Origin: an uncultured Planctomycetales bacterium
Lineage (GTDB): Bacteria > Omnitrophota > Gorgyraeia > Gygaellales > Profunditerraquicolaceae
Length of the DNA stretch: 64,000 nt
Reading direction: 5' to 3'
NCBI GenBank assembly: GCA_964467905.1
Contig: CAYXSY010000002.1
Coordinates: forward strand, 13,545-77,544
The notes under the pieces: model-generated
The model's input: the letters and a program-made list of their open reading frames with translations, nothing else
What the model was told of the DNA's origin: nothing
Database searches by the model: none
Translations under genes and position numbers: made by a program
Shown here: piece after piece, positions 39,701 through 46,519 of the stretch
Layout of the letters: each line of letters begins with the position of its first letter
Numbering within the stretch: position 1 is the first letter of the stretch

Positions 39701-42700
39701 AACTCGGGGTTTCGTAATATCTTGGCTAGAGCTTCCTGTCCGCTGCTGCCTAAATCCATAAGCGCAAGAGAAGCCTGCAGGGTTGTATCGGGATAGAACT
39801 TATTGTCTGATGTATCCGCTTCCACTATAACCCATTGCAAAACTTTGATTATGCGCGAATCGGATACCTTCTTGGAACGGATAAGCTCTATAGCTTTATT
39901 AATCTTCGCAATATCATTCTCATAATTATACTGAGTAAAAACCGCATCCAGCGATTCAGTTAACGAATCTTCGCTTTTTGTATCCGCGACTATTACAGCC
40001 CGTTCTATCTGCGCCCGGGCTTCGGGCGATACAGTTACATAATCTGCGTAGCTGACAAATGAAGGAAAGAATGAAAATGTGGCAAACATAACCGGCAGGA
40101 TACTCCGTAAAACTTTTCCAAAGCCTGAATCCGAAGACCTATCCTTTCCTATATCATTGATTCTTTTGCCCTTCTCTATCTCCAACAAGATTTTATAGGT
40201 GGCTGGCCAATTCCTTTCCCCCACGAGGTCTTCCGAAAACACGATACCAAGTTTCTGCAGATTTTTTAACACATCCCTTTCGGGTTTTCTCCCTACAGAT
40301 ACTATATGCCCTCCCGGCAAAACGCTAATTACATCGGTATCCAGCCCTCCGGCGGAAAAAGAATCCCCGGCAAAAAATACCTGTTCATAAGGAATTTTTG
40401 CTCCGGCATCATGTTCTATTATCCGCAAAGAATGTTCTGCAGCAGTTGCCTTATTCACTCCGCCAATAAGAACATGTACCGTATGCCTGCCGCCTGACCG
40501 AGGCTGTAGATGCCATCCTTTTTCGCTGAATAAATCTGTTAGGATAGCGCTAACCTTACTTCTATCTTCCTGTTTACGTACGGAAATTGTAATTGCCCCA
40601 TGGCGTTTTAGCGGATTCTGCCTAACATTAGTCAAGTTTATATTTCTATATCCGTGCTCTGCCAATCTAGCTTTTACAGCGTCTTCTACAAAAGCCTGAT
40701 TCCATTCTTTATCGTGGTCATCATCTCCGGGGATTTCCTTTTCAAAGACAGAGTTTTTAAGCGGATCATATGCTTTTTCTTTAAATATGTTTCCGCCTTT
40801 ATCAAACCGATAACACTCAGCACCCCCGGCAGTATAAATAATAAGCCTCTCTAACAGTTCTTTCTTTGCCCCATAGTACGAATAAAAAGGTTCAACGATA
40901 TGTTTATAGATTTCGTCTTTCCCCTGCATACTTATCAAAACGATATACGCACCTTTCTCTAAGAAAACTATCAGCTCTCCCAACATGCTTCTATCTATGT
41001 CTGTAACCGTATTAGTGAGAGTGTCGTCTATGTCAAACATCATAACGGAATATGGCTTAGCCAGCTCAAGGGGCGTTGGTTTTACTCCTGCAGGCCTTAC
41101 TTCTGCGGAAAAAACAGAAACCCTCTGTTCTAGTTCCTCTTTTGTTCTCTGGAGTCTGCTTGTTTCTTCTTCTAATGCCTCCCTTTTTCTGGTTAATGCA
41201 GGCACTTCTGTATCAAGCGAGACTTCTCTTGCTTTTAATTCGTCAAGGTGAACGGTGAGATTGCTTACTTCCTGCCTTACTTCTTCTAACTGTGTATTAA
41301 GAGACGCGATTCGCTCTTCTATTTCCTGTTTTTGTTTAAGCGCTTGCTCTAAGGCCTGTGTTTCCTGTTGTTTCCTGCGGGATAAATCAGATAGTTCTTG
41401 TTCCAATTGCGTTTTTTGAGCAGCAAGGGATGCTGCTTTTGTCCTTAACTCTTCCAACTGCCTTTGTCTTTGCGCAGTTTCCGCGTCAAGAGATGCGGTT
41501 TTTGTCTGGGAATCCTGCTGGAAAGAAGCTGCGTTTTGCTCAATTCTTCGCACTTCAGCAGCAAGGTCGCGATGCTGCGCCTGCAAAGCAGAAACTTCTG
41601 CGGACAAGTTCCTTCTATCATCCTCAAAGGCATGTATTGCTGCCTCTGATTCCTGTTTTTGTTTCTCAAGAGCGGATAGATATGTTCTTAATCTTTCTGT
41701 TTCCTGCGCAGACTGACCTCTTTCTTTATATAGACCGGATATATCCTGGGACAGCTTAGAAATTTCTGTTTCAAGATTCTTCTTTCGTTCTTTAAGCGAA
41801 ACTATCTGCGTATCTTCTCGCGCGCCTTTTGTTTCTAGGCCTTTGATTTTTCTTTCCAGATCCGCTAATTCTTTTTGTCTATCGTCAACAGCCTGGTCTA
41901 AAGCTTGCTGCTGCCGGGCTAATTCTTCCTTCCGGGAGTTTAAGTCAGCGATCGCCTGAACGAGCTCTTCCTGCTGTCGGCTTAATCCGGATAATTCTTT
42001 TTCCAAGGCATCCTTCTTGCCCTCCAAGGAAACCAGCGCATCCTCAGATTCTTTCTTTTTAACCTGCAGCGACTCCAAATTCACAGCAAGGGCGGATAGA
42101 TTCTGCTGCGCTTTAAGGACAGCCTGCTGGGTTTCGGCAAGTTGCGAACGGGCGCTTGCGGTTTCTTCTTGAATTTGGGCTTCCTGGCTGGCTTTGGTTT
42201 GCTCTAAAACACGCAGCTCATCTTCTAATGCTTTAGCTTGACTCTGAAGCTGAGCAATTCTTTCTTCGTAATGCCGGTGTTCTTTTTCTAAGTTTTCTAG
42301 CTCTTTTCTAAGGCGGGACAGTCTTCCTTCTTCATCAGAGATTTCTTTAGCGATAGTGCTTTTTCTTGAGGCCACTTCGCGCTCCAGCTGCTCTATTGCC
42401 TGCCTTAAACTATCATCGCCGGATGGCGTGGTTTCCAACGTATCGGATCTTGCTTGAGTTTTCGCCAGAACTTCTTCCTGAACCTTTCTTTTCTGCTCTG
42501 CTTCTTCTAAGGCGCGCTGAGATCTTTCAAGGTCAGCTCTTACAGCAGCTAGTTGCTCTTGCGAAGCATCTATTTCTTCATCCAGCCGATCCTTATCCGC
42601 CTGTCTCCTGCGAATATCATCCCTTAGCTCTCTAATCCTGGACCATTTACGATAGACATACAGGCGCATGAAACCTAGTCCTGCGCCAAACGCAGCTAAA

Positions 42701-45462
42701 ATTGATAACGCCGCCTTCCAGCCGCTGTTTAAACCTTTCCACCAATTGGCAGCGTATTCCCTAAATTCAGGATGCTTCTCTTCGGCTTGGGTAACCTGCT
42801 GTTCTGCGGTATCAAAACGTTTCTCCAGATCAGATACCTTTTGCTCTAAAGATTGGCTATCTTGCTCAAGAGAAGAGATTCTTCCTTCGGCTTTTTTCTG
42901 CTCAACAGTAAGATGCTCCACTGCCTGCTTGGCTGCTTGGTTTTCCTGCTGGGCTTGAGATAACTGATGTTCTACTTCTACCAGGCGTTTCTCGGTTTGG
43001 GATTTATCTTCTCTTTGAATAGACGCAGGCGGAGTTTCGGGCGCTTGCGACTGTGAAGGAGCTGTAACCTTAACCGGCACTTCAGGCGCAGGAGTTTTTT
43101 CAGGCTGGGCAGACGCGGTTGTAACTTGCGGTGTCTGCTGCACAGGAGTTACAACCGTAGGTTGTACTTCAGTCCTGCCTAAAAGCTTATTTGCTGCCTG
43201 GGTATCTAAGGTGGGTAAAGTTACCGGCTGGTTTGGACGAAGCAAATTAGGATTAGCCAGATTATTGACGCTGGCAAGCTGTTCAACTATACCGTCCCTG
43301 CCGTAAAGTAAGGCTGCGGTAGGCTTCTTGCCCTGCGCCAACAAAACATCCCTGCCAATGCCGCCTAAAGTATCTTCTGCCGGCGTATCCCTATGCCAAA
43401 CCTGCACAATTGCCTGGGGCGCGCCTTCCGGGTTAGCGGCAAAATAATGCGCGGCAGCCGGCTGGGAGGTAAATAAAATTGACGCGATGGCTAAGCTTAA
43501 GAAAATCTTTCTCGCCTTTTTCTTAAAGGCAGTTAAGGCCTGACTTAAATAACCTGGCTGGATTGAGGTAGACACTGTTACCTGGATGTCTTTGGGCTTA
43601 GTTGGCTCCTTGGCAATGAGTGATGTTTTATCTTTCCGCGGCTGGCGGGGAGTTATAGGCGAAGAGGATTCTTTTTGTTCTTTTTTGGCAATAACCGTTG
43701 CGGGCGCAAATTCTCCTAAGGCAAGCTCGACTGCTTTTTGGTCTTCGGCGGATAATCTTAATCTGGATAATTGCGCCTGAATTTCTCTGGTTGGGTAATA
43801 TCTGGTTGAACGGGCAATCCAGTAGTTAATCAGAACCTGGCGGGCTTGCGGATCCGAAATACTGTTAATAATCTGTAAGGTGTCGGGATCGTTTAAAACA
43901 TCCTCTAAAGGAAGCTTTTTGTCTTTAAGGTAGGAAAAATAAACGGTTTCTTTATCCTGGCTCGCCTTAATATTAGGAGCAACGACAACATATGAGATAT
44001 CTTTCTCCTTTAGGATTGAGGTAATACCTTGGGTATGAAAACCGCCGGCAACCAAGATCAGTGAATTTGCGCTGTAGTCGCGGTTCATCCTGTTTAACGA
44101 ATTGCCGACCATAGCTTTATCCCGGTCATAAGCAAGGGAATAGAATTTATCCAAAGAGGCGATATCTCCATCCGTAGGTAGAGAGCTTAAAACCCTGGAG
44201 TTGGTGTATTTCTTTAAGGTTAAGATAAGGTTCTTGGAATTAAAGGCACCGCGGTTCTTTTTGAAATACTCATAGTCCTTGGGAGAAAGGTTGATACTGG
44301 AAAGCCCTTTGAGGATGCGTATTATATAGGTAAGGGAATCCAGGTCCTTTTGCACGGAATTGGTAATCAGCTTTTCCTTTAAGGCCTGGGTAAAATCATC
44401 AACCTCGGCAAAGAGCCTAGAGTTATCCAGGTTTTCTGATAGGCGAATGTATTTAATATAAGAGAAAAGGTTATTGTAGGCGCTTGTAGGAATTTTTGCT
44501 TTATCAGTCAATTCTTCAAGGTAAGTATAGTATTCAGCCGGTTTGATTTTATCTACCTTAAAATCAAGGCTCTTTTTAACCAGTTCCTCTAAGTCAGATT
44601 TGGATAGGGCTTTCGTTAGAACATCAATCAACTGCTGGCGTTCGATTTCCGCCTGGTCAAAGTTAATCCTAGTTTCCAGTTCTTGCAAGCTGATGATCCG
44701 GGAAAGATTCGGATATTCGGAAAGATTAAAGTTATTGATAATTGAGGCTATATTTAGGTAAGAAAGATACTCCTCTAGAGAAATCCTCCCCTCCTTAAAG
44801 TCGGAACTACGGGAATCAAGCTCTTTTAGGTCCTTAGAGTAGTATTTATTCTTTAGGGTAGTGATGACCTCTTCAATTACCCCGAAGCTTGGGTTTAGGG
44901 ATTCGGAAATGCGCTGGTTGTCCTTAAAGGCATTCAGGTGGCTGGCGTAGAGCTCTTTATCCTCTGCGCCGTAGATAACCGGGGGCTTGTCTTCGGTGAT
45001 TAGAAGATAATCCGTGCCTGAGATAAAGGCCTTGGAGAGAAAATACTTGGCGATTTTCTCGCGTATCTTTTTATCTTTGGGGAAGCTTCTGAAAAAATCA
45101 GCGTCAAACTCGCCGAACCCGCCTTCAACCGAAACCAGGTTCGCCTTATATTTATCCTTTAGGTATTTAATAAGCCGGGATTCGTTTTCCTGCGCCTCTG
45201 GATTGGCATGGGCGTCCTGAATATGAATCACTAAACGCGAGGAATTGTATTTTGAAGTATAGGAATCCTTAATTACGCCTAACTCTTGGGGGATATCGAT
45301 TGCGGAAGGATTGCTTTGTTCGGAAGGCTGCCAGGATTTCGAACCTAAAACCTCACCTGCCTTGGCCCAGGAAAGATCATATGCAAGAAAGCAGACAATC
45401 AAAACAATACAGATTGTTTTAATGAATATTCTTAATTTTTTGTGCGCCTGCCAATTTAACAT
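30703..45462 (-). CDS. giant multi-domain membrane protein (4,919 aa)
   Basis: Uninterrupted 14,760-nt frame with an ATG start. At least 7 hydrophobic segments. Approximate nt ranges: N-terminal domain with IHIQDAH and AGGFH motifs (43990-45290); LysM-like segment (43210-43410); ~640-aa coiled coil (41070-42990); HAD domain 1 FDIDDTL (40230-41050); HEAT-like repeats and a poly-Pro tract (38020-40090); two ~880-aa repeated modules, each ending in a HAD domain (32520-37950); LOG-like Rossmann domain (31620-32080); unknown C-terminus. Confidence 0.85.
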   Translation of the reverse strand: MLNWQAHKKLRIFIKTICIVLIVCFLAYDLSWAKAGEVLGSKSWQPSEQSNPSAIDIPQELGVIKDSYTSKYNSSRLVIHIQDAHANPEAQENESRLIKYLKDKYKANLVSVEGGFGEFDADFFRSFPKDKKIREKIAKYFLSKAFISGTDYLLITEDKPPVIYGAEDKELYASHLNAFKDNQRISESLNPSFGVIEEVITTLKNKYYSKDLKELDSRSSDFKEGRISLEEYLSYLNIASIINNFNLSEYPNLSRIISLQELETRINFDQAEIERQQLIDVLTKALSKSDLEELVKKSLDFKVDKIKPAEYYTYLEELTDKAKIPTSAYNNLFSYIKYIRLSENLDNSRLFAEVDDFTQALKEKLITNSVQKDLDSLTYIIRILKGLSSINLSPKDYEYFKKNRGAFNSKNLILTLKKYTNSRVLSSLPTDGDIASLDKFYSLAYDRDKAMVGNSLNRMNRDYSANSLILVAGGFHTQGITSILKEKDISYVVVAPNIKASQDKETVYFSYLKDKKLPLEDVLNDPDTLQIINSISDPQARQVLINYWIARSTRYYPTREIQAQLSRLRLSAEDQKAVELALGEFAPATVIAKKEQKESSSPITPRQPRKDKTSLIAKEPTKPKDIQVTVSTSIQPGYLSQALTAFKKKARKIFLSLAIASILFTSQPAAAHYFAANPEGAPQAIVQVWHRDTPAEDTLGGIGRDVLLAQGKKPTAALLYGRDGIVEQLASVNNLANPNLLRPNQPVTLPTLDTQAANKLLGRTEVQPTVVTPVQQTPQVTTASAQPEKTPAPEVPVKVTAPSQSQAPETPPASIQREDKSQTEKRLVEVEHQLSQAQQENQAAKQAVEHLTVEQKKAEGRISSLEQDSQSLEQKVSDLEKRFDTAEQQVTQAEEKHPEFREYAANWWKGLNSGWKAALSILAAFGAGLGFMRLYVYRKWSRIRELRDDIRRRQADKDRLDEEIDASQEQLAAVRADLERSQRALEEAEQKRKVQEEVLAKTQARSDTLETTPSGDDSLRQAIEQLEREVASRKSTIAKEISDEEGRLSRLRKELENLEKEHRHYEERIAQLQSQAKALEDELRVLEQTKASQEAQIQEETASARSQLAETQQAVLKAQQNLSALAVNLESLQVKKKESEDALVSLEGKKDALEKELSGLSRQQEELVQAIADLNSRKEELARQQQALDQAVDDRQKELADLERKIKGLETKGAREDTQIVSLKERKKNLETEISKLSQDISGLYKERGQSAQETERLRTYLSALEKQKQESEAAIHAFEDDRRNLSAEVSALQAQHRDLAAEVRRIEQNAASFQQDSQTKTASLDAETAQRQRQLEELRTKAASLAAQKTQLEQELSDLSRRKQQETQALEQALKQKQEIEERIASLNTQLEEVRQEVSNLTVHLDELKAREVSLDTEVPALTRKREALEEETSRLQRTKEELEQRVSVFSAEVRPAGVKPTPLELAKPYSVMMFDIDDTLTNTVTDIDRSMLGELIVFLEKGAYIVLISMQGKDEIYKHIVEPFYSYYGAKKELLERLIIYTAGGAECYRFDKGGNIFKEKAYDPLKNSVFEKEIPGDDDHDKEWNQAFVEDAVKARLAEHGYRNINLTNVRQNPLKRHGAITISVRKQEDRSKVSAILTDLFSEKGWHLQPRSGGRHTVHVLIGGVNKATAAEHSLRIIEHDAGAKIPYEQVFFAGDSFSAGGLDTDVISVLPGGHIVSVGRKPERDVLKNLQKLGIVFSEDLVGERNWPATYKILLEIEKGKRINDIGKDRSSDSGFGKVLRSILPVMFATFSFFPSFVSYADYVTVSPEARAQIERAVIVADTKSEDSLTESLDAVFTQYNYENDIAKINKAIELIRSKKVSDSRIIKVLQWVIVEADTSDNKFYPDTTLQASLALMDLGSSGQEALAKILRNPELLNKAVRLLKVLDAVSKTKSHSTAILDSLQWLAFKAYAGRETYDADVVRTVAAILLSDGGTNRIIDSLTPENYLARCILPAVFEAIKDSNVSDQGLISKLYWIVTDAVLEGGYYLDGTIPPAARALYRIKTNEALNKFKRALSRSDWRGRDGAAEAIIAIATEQGERVTPEVKTALEQVVALGSGHDFRQIAVRKAKALLEKIPLKPGSGKVEMVELAPLEVSKPIPHPPVPPPPPKTKVITTPAPAPAAAEPITLGMYQENPQKVIQILDQIVSNRDDNLTEKTKQVLLYSNADRSVHPDVIKKAVSILSSYYGGRLTLAELFTSENYQNNPAALLTVINALSSDVLEKPNLSIGENFLKALARIVIEPSSGGNYYPDINSAAINKLDELCQGSYSSSRWILLEPFTPENYRDKPAQLALVIDALSKKDHALTGAVTEKLVWVVRYQEPDGSQNVALAKTAMQALRKCPNYVSSDLIMGVNPIDFFIECLPHPDEEIRLIAVNELVERKVPKNKIEPVFQSESIAARDAARQILESLYPETKGTMFLSEEEARSSLFSYEKHHSAAQALRDFNQDKPWKEKVPAYLLSYLANTYIWLSVLLGIGSVILAITLVNLNHQVNKVYKRLLAYAGSTTFRERLTLKRIAVSLAYRESYGMYDPAGLIARNLPSISKTSKIKQIEKLALFLDKLNKSGFNSQYILEHGVPLVSRIAKDEAEFDKGLALLESLAAGLKLYNVDIRTVNLEANNLGKLIDSLAVFEAVCGFIKGSVSQNKQALSELLTAVVPDAFKGAKDANVKVERLGIIRQLVLGGLHPTRLLIETLQKTTSQSQASEQIAQWKKLLSDFKSGAVRFDPNNPLHVDLEYNTYRALAPQVSLSTSYKDYKEFIKGFHSSTGSASSLGNQEAGEIRLAVYEAYRLLEFIIAVKQKADKLGRPVWVVPNLSYGKFAVSPILDELARLGIEIHYAKVGSTECHNNPQLVKQGLFTDDVYQRILRERPVIIAVDGTKHLLARPNERKSSRYPDAYVGYRNLIVAVDDVLSGGNADAFHDRVRISTDFLNQLRQNSSDYNTLVSKLKTLASDSGQDVPLYRLEFWNPGGLQLVIREARQEVQNVTPFDPEHLDSPALIFINSPLLDEDIPKDIKKWSGLEGTHEPAFFDDRGQIQQNALAVNGRGLYLTHALEFETTRASQQLKGFYKGKLPQVEYKEPTPEAVRNTYEAMLFDLDGTLTDTLKDIDKALLDKLIYLLSSGVIIGIVTSQSLDEVREHILDRVDVDKKQHLGNLFLYANRGVQLYNFDGKANPILVSDRSQTDVTGEQCALIRNLINQALGTLNGSVKVIDRGAQLSIHLDKHKDKRDLVNTTLVQLIAANNLPFQTEYSGTSTIHVVLKGADKGSAKDNFLGQVFPSRLNRPVDLSKLLIVGDRFAQAGSDQPMVTAGARVVSVGKEKGLPAGVEDYPHHGWRGTDQLLGEIIHRAGSTTVSSPLSAFIGSLSLPDLWQSFGASLEGLYDASKMPLLYAGIATLGLAFIFVSTVSAIKLYKTGRLYREIIRAVSFLERKERIFLFREISRHVSWKKIQSIEPYQLFINMLPVLSKGIQDKRIQEINNAAARLRKAKINPRHVFKYCLPAISAKAGDEKQFANSLNLAERFALTLQDKHYDYHELLKNIMPQVERNTRSIDELNEAMLLGINLLKSGRNPTFALAKMLPEVVNLTKDLSDFKLGIYALQELCLAGFEPTRYLLAELIKQGTKAKIDSAVLTWQEIRRKFKTGDVAFNPKNELHVNLEYTTFRELVDRTLKQTHRYSYAEYLEILKNFNNGAKHASVDGREKAEVKFAAYEAYRLREFILQVKRQADKMGRAVWVVPNLSYGRFAVSPLLRDLAKDGIEVHYARIGSSESHEHPTLVKPDLFSANLYDRILNEQPVIIVVDGTQHLLARPKDRKSGRYPDAYVGYRNLIIAVNDIVSRGQEQMFKRNVKTSGHFIRDLMKKGDYKTLRRRLLRLFDPTVKTRRYLYDVGFWNPGGLELVIREDRQEVRRVRAISADDVVQPAMIFVNSAMLDEDVPVFMRSWITKGKKMHHLPAYFDDTSHIQRLIFNVDATGVSLSDALNENVRREYGRIKGIYQQRLKIPAKPNDLVNLPYKAVVSDLDGTLANTLEEVPKPVMEKLLYLLGLGVQVAIVTTQSYKEVERYLLSQVPAQNKALLSNLTIYAATGSQAYGFDKHGNTLPQPLYNTAGSELAERQMQSWRKAIDSIFKEYGLDREAKNKKGQVVAGPARLIDAGSQIIIRLKERGFLRREIRKRLQAALGREQLPIVLKEIGRTSIRMTIKGVDKSIAVKYHLTTVCKDRFGFEPKPGEVLILGNSFEEDGDDRDMMLKSARVFSVGGRPFLHYLRGGISFYPQGGWQGSNQLLAEFINSLSSSPAETPKPQAKPELVKLNSFNFLPFLAAGGSGVLENTDPFTSFIVGCLAGIIATVLIFRNRIFASDRPENEEDFKEEPQPNVSAQSAKPREKTPALTVRPVRRVLKPYDFDSAAQGIREQYPGIRIGVIGATIPARGYSQKIGMELGRRLRRFVGEGGFVFTGGVAGVGVDVYRGALEESQGKDDRFFALLPEDMDADYEYSAFGPRKVETVHFGRDMFERRIGMGKVADVVIILNGRGGTLHEAIAALEAGRKVIALDYGGAGSLLYHARARNELHPGLIQQGLRPEYFENIVLADLDNIEEALGSLQQGQMASTTTPNFIPSVSPTPESIPQAQLDPFAKTFFTVNQSGNMGLSRNAIYAINSLSQAYSGLTLEVDVDTLIDTSKGAPQLKGLGFTEALASLYQAQEKKQIPKNLRVRLININPRLNKQKIIKVLGLTEDLLKKMVAIPDIPEDYLIKTLEPYLIAGSVRIIFEDNVRYWGKKVDVLVRRGEETQTLSSLGLIVAVLAKEPKFYASLPAEVKEYIAAKTDEKGNIELDDEGKIKEIIFKPIEKTKVDTQYLEELDKANKELEGMA

Positions 45463-45579
45463 AGGCTACCTACAAACAAAAAACCGTACTGACCCTTTTG
45501 TTGGCCAATACGGCTTGTGTTCTCCTCCCTGAACCCGTGGCAAAAGCCGAAATCCTGCCGGAAAACTGTCTGTAAGGAA

Positions 45580-45608
45580 AGTATACAATATATATATATA
45601 TATATCAA
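45580..45608 (-). promoter_or_regulatory. candidate promoter of the giant ORF with an (AT)9 tract in the spacer
   Basis: The minus strand reads TTGATA (45608-45603), a 17-nt spacer, then TATACT (45585-45580). 15 of the 17 spacer nt belong to the (AT)9 run at 45588-45605. It lies ~115 nt upstream of ATG at 45462. Confidence 0.5.
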
Positions 45609-45804
45609 GCAGAAAGTTAACTTTAGCTGCGGCAAATAGATAGGGCCTGTAAGCGCTAAAAACAGGCGTAATGCCTAGAATCTTAGGCTCAGGAAGAAAA
45701 TCGCTGCGGAATTTATTATGCTTTCGCCAGTCCAACATCCTTTTGACTCATCTTTTTCTCCTCTCGCAGGACTTTGGACTTTCTAAAACTTTTTTAAGAA
45801 GTGG

Positions 45805-45853
45805 CCAAAATAAAAAGCCGAACTGATTGACCCTTATAATCATCAGTCCGGCT
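45805..45853 (-). terminator. rho-independent terminator separating the upstream small genes from the giant-ORF unit
   Basis: The minus strand reads AGCCGGACTGATGAttataaggGTCAATCAGTTCGGCT followed by TTTTATTTT. Confidence 0.6.
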
Positions 45854-45934
45854 TTAAAAAGTTTTTTGACTTTTCCGTGGCTTACCGGATATTCTGTTAA
45901 ACAGGCCTCCACCTGCTTAACAGCGAAACTCTAT

Positions 45935-46147
45935 CTAAGACCATGGGCAGATTAACGCATGGTTGATAACCTTACAAAAACAATACAGCCCGCATAAACC
46001 GCAGTGGCGGGGCATTCTATTGGCTTTTAAGCGCGGCACATATTCCTGTTTTGCGCGCTTGATTAAAAAATCTAAGTCTTCTTGTGTATGGTTTGCTTTT
46101 GCCATAATCTCCTCAACTGTCTTTCTGCTTTTCTTTTGTTTTTTCAT
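45935..46147 (-). CDS. hypothetical basic protein (70 aa)
   Basis: Open frame only. It has Cys-rich C-terminal motifs (HCGLCGLYCFC), and its start overlaps the small zinc-ribbon ORF in another frame. Confidence 0.3.
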   Translation of the reverse strand: MKKQKKSRKTVEEIMAKANHTQEDLDFLIKRAKQEYVPRLKANRMPRHCGLCGLYCFCKVINHALICPWS

Positions 46148-46244
46148 GAACCTCGCAGTATATACCGCCGCATTTACAGATTACACGGCCGGGCGATGCG
46201 CTAAAACCAACAGCTTTACAGATTGTGCATCTTACTTTGACCAT
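46113..46244 (-). CDS. 43-aa zinc-ribbon-like peptide (below the ORF-track cutoff)
   Basis: MVKVRCTICKAVGFSASPGRVICKCGGIYCEVHEKTKEKQKDS has CxxC...CxC...C spacing. An AGAAGG Shine-Dalgarno lies 6 nt upstream of the ATG. Confidence 0.3.
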   Translation of the reverse strand: MVKVRCTICKAVGFSASPGRVICKCGGIYCEVHEKTKEKQKDS

Positions 46245-46275
46245 CGCAGGCCTTCTTTCAAAAGCTTAAAGCGAC

Positions 46276-46485
46276 CTAGAGGACCCTGCGAGAGGAAATG
46301 GAGATTAATATCTCGCTTGGCAAAATATTATCTCCCGGTACTTCCCCAAGGTCGCCTATTATTTCTTTAATGCGTTTCTTAGGAGTAATCCTGATATACC
46401 CAATCAACCCGGCAATTAAAGGGAAATGACAATGCCTTGTGGTTTCGCACAAATCGTGGGCTATTTTATGCATATCCATAAGCAA
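46276..46485 (-). CDS. hypothetical protein (69 aa)
   Basis: ATG preceded by AAGGAGGAAA. I recognise no motif. Confidence 0.45.
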   Translation of the reverse strand: MLMDMHKIAHDLCETTRHCHFPLIAGLIGYIRITPKKRIKEIIGDLGEVPGDNILPSEILISISSRRVL

Positions 46486-46519
46486 TTTCCTCCTTGTGGT
46501 TAGAGTATAACATATAAGA

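Noticed and set aside
41445-41669. Internal minus-strand and plus-strand ORFs within the coiled-coil region of the giant gene.
   Set aside because: They are alternative frames of highly biased GAA/CAG-rich sequence, nested in the long frame.
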